Part shown: piece after piece, positions 1-8,500 of the stretch
Layout of the letters: each line of letters starts with the position of its first letter
Numbering within the stretch: position 1 is the first letter of the stretch
NCBI GenBank assembly: GCA_963776275.1
Contig: CAVZMI010000005.1
Location: forward strand, 1 to 64,000
Source of the DNA: Ignavibacteriota bacterium
Lineage (GTDB): Bacteria; Bacteroidota; Ignavibacteria; UBA10030; CAVZMI01
Length of the DNA: 64,000 bases
Direction of reading: 5' to 3'
Translations under genes and position numbers: made by a program
The notes under the pieces: generated by a model
What the model saw: the letters and a program-made list of their open reading frames with translations, nothing else
What the model was told of the DNA's origin: nothing
Databases searched by the model: none

Positions 1-345
1 AAGGTAGGAATGTTTCTTATCGATGATAATATATCCGAGTATATCCATTTGACTTTTGGCGCATTATTTTTTCTTTCATTGTCATTTAATTCGATGTACC
101 TCTTCACAAAGCGTGAACCGGGTGGTCTTAGTAAGGAAAAAAGGCGAAGAAATATTATATACCGTTTTTGCGGTTTCATTATGATCCTGACAATACTCTG
201 TATGATTATGTATACACTATTCTTGAGGGACACACCAATATCGAAAATATACCCGGTATTAATACTCGAATCTATTGCATTATTAGCGTTCGGTATTTCA
301 TGGCTGGTAAAAGGAAATACATTATTTAAAGATAAAAAGAATTAA
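1..345 (+). CDS. C-terminal part of an integral membrane protein (DUF998-like), truncated by window start
   Basis: Frame is open from base 1. Three hydrophobic segments, including IHLTFGALFFLSL, RNIIYRFCG and ESIALLAFGISWLVKG. Confidence 0.6.
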   Translation, partial: KVGMFLIDDNISEYIHLTFGALFFLSLSFNSMYLFTKREPGGLSKEKRRRNIIYRFCGFIMILTILCMIMYTLFLRDTPISKIYPVLILESIALLAFGISWLVKGNTLFKDKKN

Positions 346-430
346 TATGGTTTGTTAAAGAAATGGGCACTGCATTTAACGGCACAAAAAGGATTTATCA
401 ATCATGAATAAACAGACCTGTCCAAAATAG

Positions 431-716
431 ATATCGCACCCCTACAGGGTGAGAAGTAACTTTCTTTTGACCCGGAGTATCCAACCCTTCGGGAGTCCCA
501 CATACGATGTGGGACTCCAGCACTTTAGTGACAGGGTCTGAATGCAATGTAATTTTTAAATTTCGCAGAATGAATATGCTTTTAAAACAACCCCAACACT
601 AAAGTGCCATCATCCCGATTCTATCGGGATTCAGGGGGGGTGGGATATGTCCGCAAGGGGCGTAGCCCCTTGAATCTATAAGGAAGAACATCAAAAACCC
701 TGAAGGGGTGAGATAT
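431..716. repeat. REP-like composite inverted-repeat element
   Basis: 431-450 and 697-716 are an 18/20 inverted pair. Inner IR GCACTTTAGTG (520-530)/CACTAAAGTGC (597-607). Hairpins at 492-518, 612-630 and 656-670. Confidence 0.7.
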
Positions 717-901
717 TTCTCAAGGTGGATCATTAATCATATTTTCATTCTTGAATGATTCTTTATACCATGTCTTGGACAGCATACCGGGGCCTTCTAT
801 GTGATGCTCGCATCACCATGTCCAATACTTCATGTTTTCACCGGTTCTTCGATAAGTATTAATTTATTTTGGACAGCACTGTACCGAAAGGATTCTTAAT
901 C

Positions 902-2910
902 ATGAATAAAAAATACTACATAAGACTTACAAGCATTCTTTTACTGCTAACCTGCGCTCAGGGAAACATTTTTACGCAACCAAACCCTGATTACAATTTT
1001 CAAGGAGTTTCATTTCATCAAGTGACGATCAACGACCAATTCTGGCTGCCGCGTATCGAAATCAATCGCACTGTTACTATTCCCGTATCGTTCAGGAAAT
1101 GTGAAGAAACCGGACGAGTTGAAAATTTTATCCTCGCTTCGAAAAAGAGCGGCAAATTTCTTACCACTTTTCCTTTCGACGATACGGATATATATAAAAT
1201 TATCGAAGGCGCTTCCTTTTCAATGGCTGTTCATCCCGACCCTGCTCTCGATAAGTACGTAGATAGCCTCATCAACATTATAGCACAAGCACAGGAACCC
1301 GATGGATATTTATATACTGCACGAACAATAGACCCGCAGAACCCGCACGAATGGGCGGGCAAAGAACGCTGGGTGAAAGAATCGATGTCAAGCCATGAGC
1401 TTTATAACTCCGGTCATTTGTTTGAAGCTGCAGCAGCACATTACATGGCTACCGGAAAACGGAACCTTTTAAATATAGCACTGAAGAATGCGGATTTGTT
1501 GAATACTGTCTTTGGTCCCGGGAAACGAAATGATGCCCCCGGACACGAAATCGTTGAAATGGGCCTGGTACGGCTTTATCGCATTACAGGTGAAAAAAAA
1601 TATCTTGACCTTGCCAAATTTTTTATTGATTGCCGCGGCAAAAAGATCGACCCCAAGCGAGCCTACTTCCAGACCACGAACCCATAAACCAACAGGATGA
1701 AGCTGTAGGTCATGCTGTGAGGGCCGGATATTTCTATTCGGGTGTTGCCGATGTGGCCGCATTGACCGGAAATAAGGATTACATTCAGGCGATCGATAGA
1801 ATTTGGGATAATATGGTTTCGAAAAAGTTTTACATTACCGGCGGCATCGGCGCAGTACACGACGGCGAACGCTTTGGAGAAAACTACGAATTACCCAACC
1901 TTACCGCATACAATGAAACGTGTGCTGCAATAGCCAATGTCTATTGGAATTACCGTATGTTTCTTTTACACGGCGACTCCAAATACATAGACGTATTGGA
2001 ACGCAGTCTTTATAACAATGTAATCTCAGGTGTAGGACTGGACGGAAAAACATTTTTCTATGTGAATCCGCTGGCATGCGATGCTGAATTCAAATTTAAC
2101 CAGGAAGCACTAACCCGTCAGCCCTGGTTCGATTGTTCATGCTGTCCGACAAATATATGCCGTTTCCTTCCATCGATTCCCGGTTATGTCTACGCGCAGA
2201 AACAAAACAATCTTTATGTAAATCTATTTATCGGCAGTTCTGCAAACATCAGGCTCAACGACAATATTCCGGTTGAAATCAGTCAGGAAACCCGGTATCC
2301 ATGGGATGGTGCCGTGAAAATCAAAGTGAACCCGGCAAAGAAAGCTTTCTTCACCGTTAATCTCCGTATTCCCGGATGGATTCGTAACCAACCTGTCCCG
2401 GGTAATTTATACTCTTACATTTCGCCCATTAAAGAAACATTTTCAATTAAGGTGAATGGCAAAGATGCTGAATATAGAACCGAAAACGGTTATGTAGCAA
2501 TGAAACGCGAATGGGAACAGGGTGATATTATTGAATACGTGCTGCCGATGAATATTCATAGAGTATCGGCAAACAATGAAGTTTCTAACGATAGGGGAAA
2601 GATTGCTCTTGAGCGCGGACCTCTTGTTTATTGTCTGGAGGGTATTGATAACGATAGCCAGATTGAAAATATGATTCTCCCGGACAACGCAGAATTGTCG
2701 ACCTCATTTAGGATTGATAAATTTAATGGAGTCAGCACGATAACCGGCGAAGCCGTTGTATTTAAATCCTCGTCGGATAGTCTATCCATTCAGGGTGGTA
2801 AATATAAATTTACTGCAATCCCGTACTGCTTTTGGAACAACAGAGGCGTCAATGAAATGAAAGTATGGATTCCTCGCAAAGTTAATGCGATCATAATAAG
2901 TAAGGATTGA
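902..2910 (+). CDS. Glycoside hydrolase family 127 (beta-L-arabinofuranosidase-like), secreted; one frameshift near 1670
   Basis: Signal peptide from ATG 902. Motifs SHELYNSGH, PGHE, GHAVRA, YNETCAA and CSCCP. ORFs 869-1687 and 1630-2910 join as ...AYFQ|DHEP. Confidence 0.9.
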
Positions 2911-2942
2911 AGAAATTAACGTACGCTGACAGGACATATTAG

Positions 2943-3345
2943 CATGCCTCGACTGGCCTTCCGCCTACGTCCGCCAAGTGCGGACTTCGGCGGACAAGCG
3001 GGTGGGCTCGGCCCGAGATGCTCGGCATGATGTGGACACTTTTTAATCTTTAATAGACACGACAAAAAAGGGAATACGTCGGCCCGCAGTAAAGTTTACC
3101 CTGAGCACGCTGAAGGCGTGCCGAAGGGTACGACTCCCGCTAATTAAATGGCGGAGAGGTCGTCGAGCGGCTGGGGCTGAGCTAGTGGTGAGCCCCTCGA
3201 TATACTCGGGACAAGCTTGCTCGCCGTGAGTCTACCTGCCCCGAGTCTTGGTTCGAGCTTGCCTGCCGTGAGTCTATCGAACGGTCGAGAACTTATCGAG
3301 GGGTCGAACGGTCGAACCACTTGCCGAAGCCAGTCGAGGGCCGCT
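2943..3345. repeat. Cluster of nested short palindromic elements
   Basis: CATGCC-TCGA...CTC-GGCATG (2943-3029), ACCC-TGAG...CCGAA-GGGT (3098-3129), and a multiply nested stack at 3166-3345 (see findings). Confidence 0.8.
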
Positions 3346-3396
3346 AAATGTTTCTCGGATTCCGCCCGTCAGCTTCCAGGCAATGATAGGTTCAAC

Positions 3397-3438
3397 TTGA
3401 CTTTGTACATTTCAATGTATATATTGGTTATATACATT
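3397..3438 (+). promoter_or_regulatory. Sigma70-like promoter of the TA operon with overlapping operator inverted repeats
   Basis: TTGACT (3397-3402), 17-nt spacer, TATATT (3420-3425). Perfect IR AATGTATATA-N5-TATATACATT (3414-3438) overlaps the -10. Confidence 0.65.
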
Positions 3439-3454
3439 TTGACCATCGTCAACT

Positions 3455-3769
3455 ATGCAGCAATTTCTACAATTTCAGGGATTTGACTGGGACAAAGCGA
3501 ATCGGGACAAAAATTGGCTTTGCCACAAAGTGACATGGTGGGAATGTGAAGAGGTTTTTTTTAATCAGCCGCTCTATGTCCATATCGACAAGCGGCACTC
3601 GTTAACTGAAAGGCGTTTTTACGCACTTGGCAGAACGAATGGCTCACGTCTGCTTTTTATAGTATTCACGCAGCGTAAGGCAAGGATTCGTATTATCTCG
3701 GCACGTGATATGCACAGAAAAGAAAGGAAAGTATACCTTGAAAAAGCTCAAAGAGATTCCAAAGTTTAA
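3455..3769 (+). CDS. brnT: BrnT family type II toxin (ribonuclease)
   Basis: FDWDKAN..KNW..H, E.EEVF, RF.ALG.T and RIRIISAR.M.RKER motifs; overlaps the downstream antitoxin. Confidence 0.85.
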   Translation: MQQFLQFQGFDWDKANRDKNWLCHKVTWWECEEVFFNQPLYVHIDKRHSLTERRFYALGRTNGSRLLFIVFTQRKARIRIISARDMHRKERKVYLEKAQRDSKV

Positions 3770-4034
3770 ATCTCCGGTGGATGAAGAAAAATTCTGGTCC
3801 ATTCACGACTCCACCGAATACATAGACTATTCAAAAGTCGAGCTGGGTTTTTTCCCGGAACTCAAACCGTCCAGTAAAACAATTTCGATTCGCCTTCCGG
3901 AATCTTTGATCGAGGCAATTAGACTCTTAGCAAACAAGCAGGATGTCCCTTACCAATCAATGCTTAAGATACTATTAGCCGAAAAGGTTCGCGAATCCTT
4001 AAACCTTCATTCTCAAAAGAACAACGCTGCCTGA
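3738..4034 (+). CDS. BrnA/CopG-like ribbon-helix-helix antitoxin
   Basis: IPKFKS..EE.KFW..HDSTEY and KTISIRLP...A....VPYQSMLK. Likely TTG start at 3738 after AGGAAAG. Confidence 0.85.
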   Translation: MKKLKEIPKFKSPVDEEKFWSIHDSTEYIDYSKVELGFFPELKPSSKTISIRLPESLIEAIRLLANKQDVPYQSMLKILLAEKVRESLNLHSQKNNAA

Positions 4035-4164
4035 TCCCGCAAAGCGGGATGTCGGACGGAGGGGGGAATTGAATGAATGAAACCGATGAATCGGTCATAA
4101 CACCACGATTAATCGTGGTGCTAAAAAATGATACCAGCTACAAAGGATAATCGTTTAAACGATT
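4034..4164. repeat. Palindrome cluster (REP-like)
   Basis: ATCCCGC-AAA-GCGGGAT (4034-4050), ACCGAT-GA-ATCGGT (4082-4095), CACCACGATTAATCGTGGTG (4101-4120), AATCGTTTAAACGATT (4149-4164). Confidence 0.7.
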
Positions 4165-4188
4165 TACTTATTTCAATAGAAGCCTATT

Positions 4189-4449
4189 ATGAAATATAAT
4201 CTGCAGTTGAAATCCGTTTATCTTGATGCGGTCGAGAGCCAATTGCGCAATAATAATCCACCGGAAACCCGGCAGACGCTTGAACGATTGCGGGAGGAAG
4301 GATTAAGCGAGGATGACGCGAAGCTCCTGATCGCATCCGCAATCGCAGCCGAAAGTTATTTCATTCTAAAGTCCAGAACGGAATTCAATCTCGAGAGGTT
4401 TGTCCGTAATCTGAAACGGTTGCCGGATCAGTCGTTCGACAGCGAGTGA
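4189..4449 (+). CDS. Conserved small helical hypothetical protein
   Basis: 86 aa; VESQLR.NNPPETRQTLERL..EG.SE..AK pattern recalled from a widespread uncharacterised family. Confidence 0.7.
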   Translation: MKYNLQLKSVYLDAVESQLRNNNPPETRQTLERLREEGLSEDDAKLLIASAIAAESYFILKSRTEFNLERFVRNLKRLPDQSFDSE

Positions 4450-4895
4450 TATAATATGCGCCTCTTGCATTCGACCTGAATTTAGTCTAACCTCGCTTCA
4501 AGAACGTCTGTTGCGATAGCTGCTACGATGATCTATCTTCTTGCCTTTGCCTGGATGCCGGATACAAAGCAAAATCAAAATACTGGCGATAAGAAGTCCC
4601 ACAAGAGACAAATCAAAGAATTCAGCCGAAGATGTAAAATCAGGCGATCTAAATCTACGATAAAAAGTAAAATTCTATGGATAGAGTGAATCATCAATCC
4701 TGACTACTTTTGCAGAATTTAACTTGCTTTTTTTCTCGTTACTACTTACGTTCTACTAACATACACCGGTGAACTATTCGTCTATATTTTTTTAGGCGAA
4801 ATAATATTCGTGAAGAAAATATAGATAGTAAAAACACACATACTTCTTAAACGCCACTCGAGAAATTCCATTTTTGGTTTTTCAGGATAGGTTTA

Positions 4896-5060
4896 ATTAA
4901 AAATATTTTTTGGTTTTTTGTGCTAATGGTTTTCATATTCACTAATACAAACCAATTGTATTGCACAATGAGTTCCAACTAATCGGACCGTGTACTGGAA
5001 CTATTATTTCTTTAACTATCGGCGTCAGCGGTACGAATCACTATGGCAGGGATTTGGAAT
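4896..5060 (+). pseudogene. Remnant of the N-terminus of a secreted beta-propeller protein
   Basis: With two indels and one TGA it reads KNIFWFFVLMVFIFTNTNQLY-AQ*VPTN-GPCTGTIISLTIGVSGTN, matching the signal peptide + AQWVxTNGP...VSGTN start. Confidence 0.45.
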
Positions 5061-5238
5061 TGCGGTGTATGGCTAAGGGCCCTGTACGAAATGACCACTG
5101 GAATCGAGGTAAAATAAAAATAGATTCCTCCACTTGATGGAGGTTAAGATGGTACGCTATATTATATTATTAAATTCTCATTAAGTATCTCGTTAATGAT
5201 GCTTTTAACCGGTTACGCCGCTTCACTGAAAGAATATA

Positions 5239-5523
5239 ATGAAAAAGTCGAAAGGGTTTGGATTATTTCAAATTACCAATCGAAGATACAAAAAGGAAAT
5301 ACCACACTATCCGTCTCGATCAGCAACCGCTCATTTCGAAATTGTCAATTGTATAAACAAGAATGTTGTATTCAAAAAGGATTATTCCCAGATGCAATCC
5401 GGTATGCACTGGATTTATAATATGGGAAGCCCGGACGAGGATCTGTACGAGGATGTCATCCCGGATTTGTGCGTTGATTTTCTGGATGATGTTAAAAAAA
5501 TGCCGACGACTGACTGGAAGTAA
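5239..5523 (+). CDS. Hypothetical protein or gene fragment
   Basis: 94-aa ORF with no recognisable motif, ending just upstream of the giant gene. Confidence 0.3.
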   Translation: MKKSKGFGLFQITNRRYKKEIPHYPSRSATAHFEIVNCINKNVVFKKDYSQMQSGMHWIYNMGSPDEDLYEDVIPDLCVDFLDDVKKMPTTDWK

Positions 5524-5588
5524 GAACATAGAATAATTCTTAACTATTCGAAAATAACTGAATCATTACAAGGCTGGTGTTGGCTGCC

Positions 5589-8500
5589 ATGAAAACTACT
5601 ATGCGCTGCACCGTAAAAACAATTATCATTTTCTACGTCCTGCTCACGATAGGATATCGTAGTAATGCCCAAAATTCTTCGTGGAGTTCGACGTTAATAA
5701 TAACTCCAAATCCATCTCCGTATCTTTCAGCCTGGCAGAGCGATCCGCGTATTCTAATGTTTATGGTGAATTACACCGGGAAATCGTCGGTCACAATAAC
5801 TTTCCAGGGTGCCGTAACGGGAAAGAGGTATGGTAATATTGCGACGGTCAAAGGCAATACCATATTAATGCCTCCCGGGCCGCAAAGCCGTGTTTATCGA
5901 AACACAGACATACTCAAGATTGAAGAATCTTCCTTCGAAGGAAAATTACCGGCAGTCGTAAGACAAACCGGACGATTACCCGAAGATAATTATACGTTAT
6001 GCATTTCTGTTCTTGACGAAAACGGAAACATTCTCACAAGACAGTGTGAACAGTTTTCCATTTCATTACCGGATCAGCCTCAGCTCGTGATGCCGCAAAA
6101 TAATGATACTGTTGTATTTGCCACGCCTACCTTCCAATGGACGCCGGTTATTACACCGCCGGGTGTGAATGTCCGATATGTAATTCGTATTTGTGAAATA
6201 CTCTCCGGGCAACTGCCGGTTAAAGCGCTTACAGCCAACGTGCCTCAATTTGAACGTATTCTTACCGGTCCAACATTGATTGTGTATCCATCGTATGCTC
6301 TTCCTTTCGAATCGGGAAAAACATATGTGTGGCAGGTTCAGGCGATCGATGCAAACGGCCAGCCTGCAGCGGCAAATCAGGGGAGGAGTGAAATCTGGAT
6401 CTTTACATATAAGAAAAGTACTCCATTGATTATCAGTACCAAGCCTTTTTATGTAACGTCAACGTCCGTGCACGGGACCCTCCAATATGAATGGCCCGGT
6501 TCCACTCGGCCCAGGCATGCCTTGGCGAATACATTGATTTCGCTGAATATTGAATATGTTTTTTATCCAAAAGGAGAACTCCCGGTTATTCTTCAAAAAT
6601 CACAGCTGCCTGCCTCAACAACCGATGTTGGGAAGGAAATCGCTACAACGACCACGAATGGGAATGGCGGCTTTTCATTTTCCCTTAGTGCACCGCAAGG
6701 TATCCCTCGAATCAGTAAGGATACTTCAATTCAAATTCCAAATCGTGGAGCTGTGAAAGGCGATTTATACCGGGTAGTACGAGTTATTGTTCATAATGCT
6801 TATTATCGCAGTCCCGACCATGACGTATCGTTTAACACCGGTTCTAACATCGATGTCGGTACGATAATCGCCCAAGCCCGCAGATGGGATCTGGTTGTGC
6901 AAGTAGGTATTGCAGGACAATCAAACAACACAATGCCAAGTGGATCAATTGCGTATCTATATCAGAAAAAAGTTTTTTCAGCCGCTCCGCAAGACATTGG
7001 CGACCTTAATCTCAAACCTCGTCCAATGTGGGGATCACGGACGTTAATTGCAAAGGATTCTGTCAGAAATGGGCAGGTTCTCTTTTCGTATCTTGTTCAG
7101 AATAAAATACCCGGAGATGAATATCTTGTCTTTATCCAAGCTCCGGGAATGTCCCAGATTAACTATGTCGATTCACTAACGGTAATGTACAGCGGGAAGC
7201 CAAATAAGAATTTGAATATCTTTTACAATGACAATTCAATATTCACAGATGAGGTGAAAAATTACCAGACCGGTCAAGTCAAAATTAGTCTGAAATACAT
7301 TTCAAGTGTTGTAACTGGGCATTTGACCTACAGTTTTTCATGTCCGATAATAATTCAGCAATCGAATAATAAATCCTTAAATATATCTCCAGGTCAGCAG
7401 CCAACAAATCAAACCTCGAATCCATTACAAATTCAAAATCCAGCGAATCAATTATCGAATATAAACCCTAACCAACAGCCGACAAATCAAACTTCGAATC
7501 CATTACAAATTCAAAATCCAGCGAATCAATTATCGAATATAAACCCTAACCAGCAGCCGGTAAATCAACCCTCGAATACATTACAAATTCAAAAGTCAAC
7601 AAATCAACCATCGAAGATAACCCCTAACCAACAGCCGACATATCAACCCTCTAATGTACACCTTCAACCAATGATGGTTCCTATTTGCAAACCTCTTGCA
7701 GGTGTCCGGGCACGGCTGGTTCTCAAATATGTTTTGGTTCTTACTGATGGGACGGAAAGCGTTAGTACCTTAGCCAGTTTTCCCGATGCAAATATGGAAC
7801 TTGGAGTAGCAACAAGTGATCCCTCCGGTACCGTGAGTTTCTCTGTGATGGTCCCCACCGGCTTTTTTGACAACTTAGGGACTTTTGGGTGTGTTGGAAC
7901 AGGCATCGCATATTGCAAACGTGTCATACGCGTGATAATCGATAATCCCTACTATTGCAGTCCAAACTCCGATATCGAACTCAAACCATTGAATTCCCAG
8001 GATTTTGGCACCCTCTGCTGTCAGGTGCGGACATTTCAGTTATACCTTGCGACCAGGGATGGCATCACAGACGATCCCATACCGTTTTTGTATGTGTACC
8101 TACTTCGTACGAAGCGTCCGCCGACTGTGCCCGAAGATGAATGCCCTGATTATAATGATAACATCTCCAAAATGATGTATGGCGGTAAAGTATACAACGT
8201 TATTGCAAAAATAGAAACCGATACATGTCATTGGATCATGTTTGCTGGTCTCGTTAAAAATGATAGTAAGAATAGCCAAGATTATTACTTTCTATTATTA
8301 AAACCGGATCCAAAGAGTAATATAAATTATGATACAACCTATAGGATTATACAATTTGATTGTCATGGAGAACATGCTGTTTTCAATGATGAATATAACC
8401 AGAATACATACATAGACACATTGATCTGTAAACTTAAACCGCTTCCGCCGTATGTTTCTGCGACAGTCATTAGGAGTGATGGTGGGAAACCGGCACCTGG

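Noticed and set aside
3217-3486. 89-aa ORF (MLAVSLPAPSLG...)
   Set aside because: Read-through of the nested palindromes and TA promoter.
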